NCBI GenBank assembly: GCA_026023565.1
Contig: JAPETS010000003.1
Span: forward strand, 992,001 to 1,056,000
From: Cirrosporium novae-zelandiae
Taxonomy: Eukaryota
Length of the DNA stretch: 64,000 nt
Direction of reading: 5' to 3'
Shown in pieces: positions 9,601 through 22,800 of the stretch. The notes beneath the pieces are model-generated. The model was not told the origin of the DNA and did not search any database. It worked only from the letters and a program-made list of their open reading frames with translations. Position numbers and translations under genes: made by a program. Each line of letters starts with the position of its first letter. Position 1 is the first letter of the stretch.

Positions 9601-12600
9601 ATGATGGCTTCAGTAGAGGAGAGTACTGATTTCCAGGACATGTGGAAGGAGGTTCGTGATAAAGCTTTTCCTACTGCCTGGGTACCATAGGCTAACATTT
9701 TAAAAAAAATTAGGCCTTCGATGCTTATGAAAAACAGACAAAACGCGACCTGAAGAACGTTGAAGCTATCCGGTCTCTGAAGAGTATCCAGGACCTTGAA
9801 TCTCGAATTAAGATTGAAAATAAGAAGTTTGATAATTATCGCAATGGAAAGAAATTCTGGGAGAAGCTTCGAAAGGCTTTAGCTCCAGTTAACATCTTTG
9901 GCAGTATAGCAAAGAGTGCTATTGGTCTATCACCCTTTGCGCCAGCATCATGTGTACTCGGTGCTGCTCTATTCTTAGTATCCTCATGTGAGGGAGTTAG
10001 TGATGCGTATGATGTTGTGGTAAAGGTGTTTTGCGATATTGAGGATGTTACCGGTCGTTTACAGGAATACACAAAAGGTCCAATTGAAGGGAAGCTTCGC
10101 AAAGTCATGACAGAAATACTTTGCGTACTCCTGGAGTTATTTGCACAGACCGAGAGACTGATTAAACATGGCCGTGGACGAGAGTATCTCAAGGTCACCT
10201 TTTTGGGTAAGGATGATGCGATTCAGGCTACAAAGGGACGCTTGTCTCAGCTCACTCAAACGGAAGAGCAACTGGTTATTGCACTAACATTTAGTACAAC
10301 CAAAGACATCAAGAAGGATACTTCAGAACTAATTTCAAAAAGCGAGAAGACCAATACGACCGTTGAAAGTATGGCGAAGTCCATGAATGCGAACAAGAGA
10401 GACGACCAAAAAGAAAAGGACCGAAAGGCGTTGGAGCAGGGTCTACTTGCTAAAGAGTTCGTTGAATCTACACAGAAGACGTACAAGGACCTCTTAAAGA
10501 GAAGGGTTCCTGGAACCGGTGAATGGATCTTGAAAACACAACGTTTCCAAGATTGGATTGGACGTAAGTTTCCCTTATTGTGGATATATGGAGTGGAAGG
10601 CTCTGGGAAATCCATCCTTTCGTCTGTGATCGTCAATCATCTGGTTGGAGAAACCATGTTTCCTCAAGGAAAACAACTGCCACGTGCTGTCTCTGTCGCC
10701 TACTTCTACATCTTGCAAAACAACAAATCATCCATCCGGTCTATTGATGCCCTTCTTCGGATTTTGGCTCACCAAATAGCTCTAAACAACGAAGTTTATA
10801 AAAAGCATGCATTAGAGTTCTGCAATTCACAGGACAACGTCCACGAAGCACATATTGTGTGGGATAAACTCTTCATGGAATATTTCCGTACCGATGAGGC
10901 AGACCCTGCTTTTGTTGTTATTGACGGCGTTAACGAAGCTACCCAGGAACAACGGGAGGAGCTTATGCAGTTACTTCAAGACATTGAAACGCTTAGCCAG
11001 CTGGGAGCGCGCTCGCCTTTACAGGTAATCCTCATTGGGCAAAGTTTTTTGCGCAACGAAGTCGAACACCTGGGGGATTTAGCTAGGTTTGAGATCGAGG
11101 TGTCTGCTGAAAACAACACAAGGGACATATCAGAGTATATTAGGCACCGTGTCCAAGATATTCAGGTTTTGAAGAAATGGGACGGGAAAAGCAAAGATAA
11201 AAAGCTTTTTGAACAGCAGGTCATTCAAAAGCTCGAGGAGGGCGCTAATGGGTTCTTTCTCTGGGTTGTGATCCAGCTTAATGCAGTCAGAGGCAAGGTC
11301 AGGCCCGAAAAGGTCTTGGATGCACTTGATGAAGCTCCGAGAGATTTAACAGAGTCTATCCGGAAGGCAATGGACCGTCTCGCAAGGGATGACGATCTTG
11401 TGATAGAGGACTTCAATGAGATGGTTATGTGGCTGGCTTGCGTCGACGTTGATTATACTCTGGCAGATCTTGATTATTATTTGAAGCTTCGAACCGGTGG
11501 TAGTGGTATCCCTCGTTTTGAGAACGTTATGAGATCCCACTATGCCGCATTTTTTGTGCTTACGGGTGGCGATGATATCGAAGCGGAGCCTCAAAATAAG
11601 AATCAACCCCCAGAGCAGCCTCCAGACGACGAACTTCTCGAAATTGGTGACGATGAGTACGATCCAGAATTCGGGAATGATGATGATAGTACCGATGACG
11701 ATGATTCCGAATATGAACGGAGAGACCATGAAGAACGTGATAGGATTATGCGGCGACTCGAAAGCATTCAAGTTAAGTTTCTCCATCCAACCGTTAAGGA
11801 CTTTATTCTCCGAGAGGGCGTCCTCCCGGTTCCTCCTGATAAACAAATTGGAATTGAAAAGCACGCAGCCAATACACATCTCCTGACCGTTTTCTTGCAA
11901 ACAATTTGTAAAGAAATCGTGGATATAGATACCGTCAGAGATAATGAAAAGGATTATCTGTTTACTTATGCTGCACATATCTGGAACGACAATTTGATAG
12001 CAGTCGATAGGTCAAAAGTAGAAAGATCAGATAAACAAGTGATCGTTCATCTTCTGTGCCGACTTTTTACAGATGAGTCAATTATGCTCCGATGGTATTC
12101 CCAAATCGACTTTGAACGGGTTACATATGATCTTCTCACTAGCGACAAGTTTACGAAATGCATTCGAGAATGGTTAGCTGACAGTGACATCAAAGGAGAG
12201 CTTCCAGAAAATATTCAGCCATGGTATGAAAAGGCGATTGTATCGGCCAAGGAACTTCTCAAGCCGTTGACCACCTATTTAGCTAAAGTTTGGCTCGTCA
12301 AGGATTTCTGGAGTGGTTATCCAGAATCATCTCTTCCCTGGCTCCATGCGTATACATTGATGGTAAGTAGTTGAGTCATGTTTCATTTTACCCTCTTTTA
12401 TTTTGTGGTATGTGAAGAAGGTAAATGAATCCCAGTCATGTCATTTTCTATTTGAAGGCCTTCTTAATATCCAATGTCTAAGAACGGGGTTTCGGAAGTT
12501 AATTCTATTATTTTCCTTCAAGATCACTTTGGTTTTCTATCATTCGCTTTATCTGTTGCTTGAAGACTTGCATGTTTTCCAAACAAAAAGTTAATATGCT

Positions 12601-14437
12601 AATGCTAATCTTGTGGTTCTTCTAGGACGATGATGGCCAACAACCTAATCCAGGTGTATTTACTGGAGCATGGCAGGAACCAGAAAATTACTCAGTCAAA
12701 AGAATCCGAGAATTAGCAGCATACCCTCAGTTCGAAGAGGACGCTTGGTGGCATAGGCGACTTGGATTGTTGTTTCGAGACGCAGAATATCTAACTGACG
12801 CTAGTAGCGAATTTCAAATTGCCCTCGAAATGGAACCTAAAAACTGGGAAGCGGGATATGGACTTGGTGAAACATATGCTCTACAAAAAGAATACTCAAA
12901 GGCCATCGAAACACACACGAAGGCGCTAGAATTTCTTCCCGATGATCGCATTGACTCTAAGGCGGAATCCTTGGAGCAAATTGCCACTTACAGGCTAGAG
13001 ATTAGCGACCTTAAAGGGGCTATAGCTGCCAGCAGAGATGCGTATTCTCTAACTCCCAATAACCCAAAGCTAAGCTTCCTTGTATTTAGCACACTTGAAA
13101 AAGCCTCGCGACATGAGGATATCCTTAATTTCGCGGAGACACTTCATAGGGAGGATCGTCTCACCACTCTTTTTCTCCAAGGTGGACTATACAGCAATTT
13201 ATATGACACCATTGGTTTTGCTGCCAAGGCGATGCACAGAACGGGGCTCGCGGAAGAACTTTTCGATGCCGTAGTCCACGCAGCCGAATCGGAGAAAGAC
13301 GTTCATCAAATGCAAACGCAGCAATACCTCTATGGGTCGTACCTTGATCGCATCTCACGCGACGATGCCAAAGCGCTTGCATTTTTTGAAAAGGTCATGG
13401 CTGCCAATTTATCAGATGACTCTGTTGATTATATCACGTTTCTAGTGGCGAAGCGGCTTGGCCAACTATATTATTTCAAAGCCGTAGCGGCTAAGGAGCA
13501 AGATGCTGATCCTAATGAATGGGTGAGTAAGCTGAGGAACATGGCTATGGAAAGTGTCGATGAATCCCATCCCGTGTATACTGTTAGACCAGCATCCCTG
13601 CTTCTCGGACTCTGGTATAGGCTGCAGGGTGATCAGAAGGAGGCGAAAAAATGTTTCCGACCAAGCGTTCTCGAAGGCATTGGTATTCTAACCGACAACG
13701 ATCCTGGAAACGACATGGAAGGCTACACCAAACTTGGCAACACGCTCCTAATGGCAGGGCAAAGGGAACATGCCGCGATAGCCTTGACCCTGTCTTTCCA
13801 CCCGCTGGAAAGAATGAAACAAGAAATCAAACTCGGGAGGGAGAACGAGAAATCCCAGAATCCAAAACCGGGAGAGCCAACCGACAACAGAGCCGATGGG
13901 GAACCCTCCACACCCCCATCCCCAACAGAGTCCGGAACTTCGCCCGCACCAGCTACCGATGGTGCCGAAACAGCACCACCAGACAATCCAGACGACCCAG
14001 CCTCAATGAAAAGCTCCTCCAATTCCACAGCCGCAGACTTAGTCTTTCCCTGGGGCTGCGACGGCGAATGCAATCGCGAAGCCGTCGATTGGACCTCCTG
14101 CCACTTCTGCGAAACCTGCCTGGACATCTGTTTCTGTGATGAGTGTTTCTCACGTCTCCAGGCCGGCGACCAGCCGTTCCGCCAGTGCGACCCGAGCCAT
14201 TCTTTCTTCCGTGCCTACCCCCTAGGGAATAGGGTTGAGAGCTTGGAGAAGATTATCCTCGGGGATGAGGGGGAGGAGGGTGGTGCTGGTGGTGGTGCTG
14301 GTGGTGGTGCTGGGAGGAAAGAGATTACGCTCAAGGAGTGGCTGGCGGGGCTGAAGAGGGATTGGGAGGATGAGAAGGAGAGGAAGAAAAGGCGCGCTCA
14401 TGCTTTGAGGAGGAAGACGACTGATAAGAGTGCCTAA
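9601..14437 (+). CDS. Fungal NLR-like STAND protein: N-terminal Goodbye-like helical domain, NACHT, TPR repeats, C-terminal ZZ-like Cys/His finger
   Basis: Exon 1 MMASVEESTDFQDMWKE|AFDAYEKQT...FAPASCVLGAALFL. PGTGEWIL, Walker A GVEGSGKS, Walker B FVVIDGVNE, GFFLWV, FLHPTVKDF. TPR-like YGLGETYALQKEYSKAIE. CDGEC...CHFCETCLDICFCDEC...CDPSH. Introns at about 9652-9713 and 12363-12626. Confidence 0.85.
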
Positions 14438-14583
14438 GGTTGGTTGGTTAAATCTGTAGGGTTTGGAGAGGATTTGTACATGAAAAAGATGGTTTGGATG
14501 GGGAGAAAGGAGGAAAAAGGCCCCCTGAACCGTAATATCTAACTTAACCACCAACTTCACAACTTTATATCATCAAAAATAAT

Positions 14584-14724
14584 TATTACGGTTCCCTATT
14601 AGGCTAGACCATTAGGGTTTGTACCCTAGGCTCACCTTAGTTTAGCACTTCATCCAATACATTATCCACGCCAGTCACACCTAGATATCAACCTCGCTGA
14701 GCTTATATCCCAGGCGTCGTGACA
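14584..14724. mobile_element. Solo LTR (141 bp) with perfect 5-bp target-site duplication
   Basis: Ends TATTAC (decayed TGTTAC)...GTGACA, flanked on both sides by ATAAT. Reverse complement TGTCACGACGCCTGGGATATAAGCTCAGCGAGG matches TGTTACGACGCCTAGGATATGGGCTCAGTGAGG at 4662. Confidence 0.85.
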
Positions 14725-15873
14725 ATAATAATCATAATAATTTCCTTTTCTTGTTTTGAGAAGCATCAGATAACGCATCCCCCCCCCACCCTCCAATATT
14801 TACGGGCGCGCACTCTCAAAATGGCCATTCATTCACCTTCTCGCTCGACAATCTGCTTATCGATTGTGAATGTAGTAGATAAGATAAAATTGGATTAGAT
14901 TGGATAGGCGGCGATGATGAAGATGAAGTTATTCGTCAGGTTTTTTTTCGTTTGCACAAGAAAGAAAGGGAGGGAGGTTGGGCCATGTGAGTGGTTTGGT
15001 TTGGTTTGGTATGGTTTTGGTATTGTATGGATGGATGGATGGATGAAGTGAGTGAGTGGGTTGGTGGGTGGGTGGACGATAGGTGGAGTTAGAGTTAAAG
15101 GTGAAGTAGAATGAGTGAACATTGATTGGTATTGGTATTGATATTATCAGGAAAAATGAATTGGATATATAAATTATCCTTCCTCTGCGGATATATTATA
15201 TGAGATGGGCAGTAGTTTTAGAGGGGGAGGGGATATAGATACCTAAGTATCAATATCAATTGCTGTGGATAGACTAAAGGGTATTTTCGATAGACTAATT
15301 AGATGAAAATCGGTGTCACGGGGGTAATAATATGTAGTAACGGATTATCTACAGTTACTGTATTGTTTATATGTTTGCAATAGAATTATCAAGTTGGTTT
15401 GTATGGTTTGCATACTAGAACCTTATAGATATAGATATAGATATTTATATTTATCCCCACCAGGGGTTAGAAACTTAAGAAATATAGTACAATTTGCACG
15501 AGAGCTGGTTTTGACCTCTTATTAGATTATGTGGGTTGGGGGAAGAAGTGCATATTGGTGGTTAAGGGCGGTAGGTAGTTGAGCGAGGAGGAAGAAGAGC
15601 GCACTCTTGAGAATCGAACCTGTTGGATCCGGTATTTATGGTATCTGACTTAGGGGTGTGTGTATGCAGGGAGGGAACCTTACTGGTGCTCTTGTTTAAT
15701 CTGATTTGATCTAGATAGGGGTGGATGGAGTGGTAAGGTGAGTAGGTCTTTATGTCTGTCAAGTTAAGATATGTCATTAATTCACTTATTCGTTCCATTA
15801 TGTTATATACGCCACCGGCGAGCGAAAAAATCATAAACCTTTTGCAAAACCAATGGAGAAAAATTTAGGAGAT

Positions 15874-17439
15874 TTAAATGCTGTGCGGCCTGTTCACCGT
15901 CCTGTGCATATTGAAACTAGAAATGCTACGAGGGGGATCCTCGTGATCTTTGCTGGATTCAATATCAAACATAAAGTTGAACTCTGGAGTATCAGAGGTC
16001 TTGAGGATGGTTTCCTGGGAGGAGTTGATTATGGTGTTCATGTGCATATTTTTCGCTGTTGAGAAGGGGTAGGTACCGAGTTCGCAGGGCTCGGATTGGT
16101 CGCTTGTTGAGCGTTTTTCGAGGGATATTAGGGGACCAAGAGTCGGGATAGAGGAATAGATTATTAGAATGCCGACTTCTACGGTGTGGGGGAGGAGGGG
16201 GGGGGGCTCGTTAGTGACCGGTGTTAAGCATTGGGATGTTATTCGCAGCGGGGGAAGAAAGCTAGATAGCAGGGTGTGGACTAACTTGGAGCAGATGAAG
16301 AAAAAGATGGTGTTATCTTGATGCCATGTTAATATGACGTATTTGTAAGGTTGCTGTTGTTAGGAATTCTTACAGGAAAAATCACTTTTGTTTGGTATAT
16401 ACTTTAATTCGATGGTCCGGGCAATGGAAGTGATCATGGCGCTACCGCCCCAGTTAAAAAAGTATTACCAGGACCGCCGAAGAGGTGGAGCTTACAAAAG
16501 GCTGAGGCCTAAACAGATAGTCAAACCAATCTTATAGCGCTGAGGTATCTGTAGCTTCTTGATAAGAAACACCGGTAAGACAGTCATAGATAAATCCGTA
16601 AATGAGTTGAAAACTAATTTGTAGAATTAGCATATGCTTTCAATAGACGGAATGGAGGATGCTTCTCACCTCCTTTAACATATCCTGCATACAATCCAAT
16701 TCTTATTGAGTAGCATTCACTAGGGGTCCCTATAGGATCCCATAAAGTTGCAAATTTCTTGCACTGTGTCATGATCAATACAATTGTGACAATATTGACA
16801 ACGACTTGGGTAATGGACAGCAAGTAAAGGGCCATTCTCCTCTTCTTTGTAGTGCCAAAGATTTTCTGGAGATAGAATATAAACGATATTCGGGCGAATG
16901 TTGGAGACATGATACCTAGATGGGAAGACTCACGTCAGCCATGATACCATTTTCATAGGCGCCCGAGATCAAGAAACGGCATAATCTGGGAGCTCACCAA
17001 TTGAGACAGTAACCATTTGGTATTTAGTCGCACGGATCCTCTGTGTTGCCGAAAGCCAGTAAAAATGCTGCCCCAAGCCCCATCTAGTCGCTACTGTAAG
17101 AACAGAGCAATTTACCAAGCCAAAGACCTGCTATAGTATTAGCAGAATATACCATATATACAGGTCTACTTAGAATATACATACAAGAGCCAGCACCATC
17201 AAAACATGACTTGCTATGTCTAGAGTTACAAGGCGAACGTTTTTACCAGTAAGTGCATTTTTCGCTGACACCAGATATACGCAGTATAATCGCAATCCCA
17301 GGACGATAGTGGAAAGAGTATACAGTGTCCAACATATTCCCAGCATTAAAGGTGCTGATTTTTGTTAGCATGTCGACGACTTGGTTCGATTAGTGAATCT
17401 ACCTCTGTTATTGTGATCATCGGGACGAGGGATATCCAT
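15874..17439 (-). CDS. PTH11-like (fungal rhodopsin-domain) multi-pass membrane protein, multi-exon
   Basis: Reconstructed exons: LSTIVLGLRLY, WGLGQH, ARISFIFYLQKIF, QCKKFATLWDP...C, FNSFTDL..LPVFLIKKLQI, AMITSIART and EVGILIIYSSIPTLGPL. The last acceptor is irregular. Confidence 0.8.
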
Positions 17440-18401
17440 GTTTAAAACGGATAGAGCGAGCGCAGCTTGGAAGCTGACAACAGCTCAAGAAGAAAAAAGA
17501 GAAACAATCAAGTGGGAAGCAATATAGACATCCGAAGAGGATAAACACCGCTCCATTACCAAAGCCAAGAACCATTGATTTACATTCTTTCAAATAATAT
17601 GTAAAGAATACCGCTGGCCAAGATGACAGTGAAATTAATATGCTCTGAGCATCGGAATTGTATGTTCTAGAACTGCATTTTGGAGGGCCTTTTATGAGTG
17701 GCCATGTGATAAAGGGGACTGGATGGTGATCGCTAAAAAGTCAACCCAAAAGTTTTAGATAGCTAGATCTATTATCCTCGGAGAATCTGATACTAAATGA
17801 CATGACAGAAAGTAATGGTTTGACCAACTGAAGCTCGAGCATTAACACATCGCTGAGCTAGGATGGAATCCGTTGCAAGATTTTGATTAGAAAAGTCTGA
17901 TATGGGTCGATGATGTTACCTCAACTAAGGTGGCATAGCATCAAAAAGCATTAATTAAAGCAATGGGTTGTGAATAGGTTTGGATATAAAAATGGCCAAC
18001 GGCCAAACATAAATGTCACAGTACTACAAGTGCCAACTATCATCAAATGGGGTAGAGGAGAATGGCGGTTAAACAAGGCTCAGATGACAGATGTGAAAAT
18101 GGATTGCCTATCATAATTTCTTCAAATATTTCTATTGGATCTCCTCGGCGGTTCAATAGTACTAAATCAATGAATAATGGGTAGATTATGGAAGCGACGG
18201 GCTAGGTTGTTGGAAGTTGAAAGTGTTAGAAGTCAAATAATTATAAAGGGAAGTTAACCGAGCCGATGATAAGAGGATAAGAGTCCTGCATTATTGACTT
18301 GCGTGCTTGTTAGAACCTGCGGACTTAAGTACTCCCGCCGGAGGAGGCCATGGCGTTCTTAGGTACCTGAGCCGTTATTCATCACTCCTTGAGTACCAAC
18401 C

Positions 18402-19812
18402 ATGGCTTCCACCCAGGATTTGGATAATATTCGATCCCTACTAAAGTCCTTGATAGACCTTACTAGTCAAGATGATGTACTTCGGGATGAAAAAGCGAGG
18501 GGGGCGTTGCTCGATGCTTCAAGAAAGTTGACAGCAGCTATCTCAACACCAGCAGAGAGATGCATCTCCACAATGTGGTCCGTGAGTCTGTCCTCTAAAC
18601 GCTACTAACTGAAAACTGCTTTGAGCTTTGAGCTTTGAGCTTCGAATACATATTTAAGAAGACGTCTGAACATGTCTGAATTCTTAGATGTTCACTTTTA
18701 GCGCCGTTAGGCTTGCTGTTGCCCTCAATTTGTTTGGAATCATCAATGATGCAGGTGAAAATGCCATCACCGCAGCTGAACTGGCCGACAAGTGTCATGC
18801 AGAGCGAGCCCTGGTTGGTGAGTTTACCAGTTGTGACCCCACGCCATTTGCTCTGACTAACTTTCAAGAGTCCGTATATTACGTGCATTGACTGGTGAAC
18901 AAATTGTCGATGAAGTTGGCGTTGAGCAATACAGGACCACCCCAATCTGTCGTCACTTAACTATACCATCAGTATTAGCTGGTATTATACATTTGTGAGG
19001 AATTTTCTCGCTGCGTGTAAATTGAATGACTGCTGATTGCTTCTCAAAAAAGTTATGACCAGGCTATGCCAAGCGCTGCAAAACTGCCAGAATACTTTAA
19101 AAGCACGAGCTATCGATGCCCTGTAAAGGCCAATGCTGGGCCATTCCAATTTGCCAATAATACCAACCTCAATAGCTATGCTTACTGGAACAAGACAGGG
19201 GCTGCCGAGAATTTCAATACTTTTATGGCTGGCAAGTTTAAGGCTCCTGTGCAATGGCAAGATTATTACCCTGTACAAGAGGAGCTTATAGGGAATAGGA
19301 GTGAGCCTGTGGTATTTGTAGATGTGGGCGGTGGGCGTGGGCATGAGTTGGAGGTTCTCAAAGCCAAGTTCCCTCAAACTCCATGGAAGATGGTTCTCGA
19401 GGACCTTCCCCATGTCATTGATGATAATAAGGGTACCCTGGATGAAAGCGTGGAACTTCTCAAACATGATATGTTCACCCCACAGCCTATTAAAGGTGCT
19501 CGAGCATACTTCTTGCGCGGGATTCTTCATAATTGGCCCGATGAGGACTGTCGTAAAATTCTCGCCAACATTGTACCAGCGATGAATAAGAAGTCCAAGA
19601 TCCTTATTCATAGTCAAGTCCTAGCTGATATGAGAGCACCAATGCCTGGAGTATGGTTAGATTTCGGAATGATGATTCTTCATTCTGGTGCAGAACGCTC
19701 GGAAAAACAATACTCGGAAATTTTCGAGTCTGTCGGGCTTAAATTTAGCAAACATATCAGCTCTGGCTATGGGGAAGGCGTGATTGAAGCGGTTTTGCAA
19801 GACGCGTCATGA
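18402..19812 (+). CDS. SAM-dependent O-methyltransferase (secondary-metabolism type), multi-exon
   Basis: Dimerisation helices (AVRLAVALNLF...ELA), SAM motif FVDVGGGRGH, HDMFTPQP, YFLRGILHNWPDEDC and GAERSEKQY. Confidence 0.9.
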
Positions 19813-22800
19813 GTTTCTCATTTTCTATAGTTCTTAGAAAATAAAGACCCGGGACCTTCAACCTCATCTAGTGTTAGAGAGGGTCTGAAGTTACTTTAGA
19901 CCTGAAGCATATAGAAAACATGGACGGGAGGACAGTCGGCTGGACTTCATAAGAACCAGAGCTCCCTATCGGATGGGAAGGTTCAAAAGTGACTAGGCCC
20001 TATAATTTCTGCTTAATTCCTTGACAATCTTATGCCTTGTAGAACTAGCGGAATAGGTCCCTTGCACTGGTTCATTTGCAAACCTGGTCGGGAAACTGAT
20101 GTTAATTAACAAAGAAATCCCTCATTTATTTTTTTCATTTGAAATCAAGGGGGAACTTCGGCCGAGGTCTGAAAGATCGGGATGAATCGAAAAGTAAAAT
20201 TTGCTGCAACTTGAGATTCCGTATCAATACTGTTTAATTTAACCGTATTTAGCTGATGTTTTATCTCGCTCAGTATAATCTTGCAGTCATCAGTTTCGAC
20301 ATCTCTCAGCCTATGGTGGATCTTCCATTAGATATTCCTCTGTAAGATATCTCTAGACTTCGTTGCTATTATATGATGTAACAATACTCGGCTATTTAAA
20401 ACGTATTGCTAATAGCACTATTTGTGATCGTCATCGTTGATTATATATGGGCGTTTGTGATAGGATAGTTCGGATAAGTTCTGCGAGCCCCATAAACGTC
20501 CTGAAATAAATCTATAGGACTTCCCCTAGCTGAGAGATAAAGTTCGTTAATTCATATCCGAACAAGAGTTTGTTCTATGTATCAGCTCTGCAATTTCCTA
20601 AAACTCGCCAAGCCTTTTGGAAGAATTATTTCGTCCAGCCTCTAAGATGTAGGATTGAGATATCGAGAAACCTACGACTGCCGTCGACGAGGCTATATTC
20701 CATTCTTAGTCTGGTACAACTAATGAGGGTCGGCCCCTTAATTGGTTATGGATTAGAAAGCACAAGATGTTTTGCTCTTTGTTGCTTTCAGCATTGCCTA
20801 CAGATTCGGGAATAACTTGAGGAATAACCCTCTTTGAAATTCAGTCTGCTATATGACATATTCAGTCAATGCGGTGTCCAAGGCGACAAGTGGGGAGATC
20901 TTTTGCAGGACCTTGGCGGTTCTGTTCATTCAAAGATACTGGTGGCTAGCGTATTCTCTGGAGCATAAGTTTCTCTTGTCAACCTACTAGCTAATCAACA
21001 AAGCAAGGTATGCAAGCGTTACTCTGATCCTAACTCCTGGTCGGTATGGTGATCATAGGAGCTACTTCGCCCCAACACACACCGAATATATAATTTGCAA
21101 GCAATGCAGAATCTATTCAAAATAACCCTCCAGGTTATTAATATTACCATCATTTGTAACATTGTCTTCTTTTCGGGAACGCGCGCAAAAACCCAATGTC
21201 TGGATATTTTGCTTTTTTGTTGGACCTTATGCCGGTCCATTCGTTGCAGAGCTTCTCCTTTAGGGATTAAACTGGCGGGGTGATTTTGGTATTCTGGTGG
21301 TGTTTTGCGAGTTCTCGACTACTCTAGTTTTCCTCCTTAGCAACGAGGCTTTAAAATCGAAATGCGGAAAGGAGAAGATGCCCGGCAACATCTGAAGGCT
21401 TTGGTCGACGTTCAAGGGTTCCTACTACGGGAAGACCAAATATGTGGACTATCAACAGGCATATCATGAAATTGGCTGTCCAGCCATCACTTCTATGGCT
21501 TTGTAAGTAAGCCTGGTTACCTATAAGCCATGGGTTGGATCATGCCTTGCACAATGTGGGCCGTTGGTATTACCGCCACCATCTCCCGGTTCCTCTATCT
21601 GGCTCGGTATATCTTCTGACCTTGGAGTCTTTCTCATGTATCCTACACCCAGGTGCCGTCGTCGATCAATTGTGGCGACATTTCTTCAACCACTTCCTCA
21701 ACCTATACGTATGCAGGTACAAACATAATCCCACCAAAAGCATCGTTATCAGCCATCTAACCCATCATAGTCACTGAGATTGCTTCTTGCTTTGTTTAAA
21801 CAGATAGTTCAACATTCTCTGCCATAGATTGATTAGTTTTTAGACGGGACTCGACTGTGTCAACCACCACAACTGTATCCACCTCCTTACTGAATAGTTT
21901 TTTCTCATTATGCTGTCCTTGCTTCCACGATCTTTGATTTCTAGTGAACAATGAGTGGCTTCCGTGTCACATATTTTCCAGTGGGCGTCGCCTTTGGTCG
22001 TCAAGTCGGCGTTTTCGCCGCTGAATTTTTTGCTGTTCTAACCGCAGTTCCCAAAGAAAATAGCGTGCCAAGTACTAGTTTCTAGATCAGGTGGTCTGAT
22101 TGTATAAAAATGCACATGATCTCAAGTCTCTCCAAAGGTCATTTGGATAGGGTATGGCTTAGGTGACAGATAACCAAGCGATCTTTCAAAAGAAAAATTA
22201 AATTAGTTAACTAGCCAATCTCTTTTCATTTTCATCTGTCTTTCCTTGTAATGCAAGTAACCGCACCTAGAAAGCACCAAGTTAGTGGACAAAATCATAT
22301 AATTGTTTTTTGGAGGCAAGTAATCGATGTATCATCACTCCCTTGAAATGTAGAATCGAGATTTGACCTCTAACGATACTACTGTACTCCTCGGCATGTA
22401 ACACATTGACAGGGCTTCCAAACGAAATTGAGATTCCAGAAGATGCAATTTCCATCTCCATGTGGGAGGTGAAGGATTTGAGGTTGCAAGGGCCCTTTCA
22501 AAGCAAAACAAAACAATCTAATCTGCCCCGCATGTTCGTGGTACTGGAGTCGTGTTTCGAAGTCTAATCTACACAATCTACACACCCCTCGGTGCCACGA
22601 CACCCACAACACCATGCACACCTCAGGTATCCGATAGATAAGATAATATTCCTTGGCATTGAGTCCATTCAAATTACACCAAGTTCCCTTGCTAATTCGC
22701 CATTTACGAGGTCAGCCTGGACATACTTTCAGCCCACTTTTCTACTGCCTATTCCCCTGGAGTCTTAAGATTGGAATATCATCATCGATAGTATGTATTT

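Noticed and set aside
21965..22168. TGTCAC...GTGACA LTR-like ends
   Set aside because: No TSD (TTCCG vs GATAA) and no second copy.
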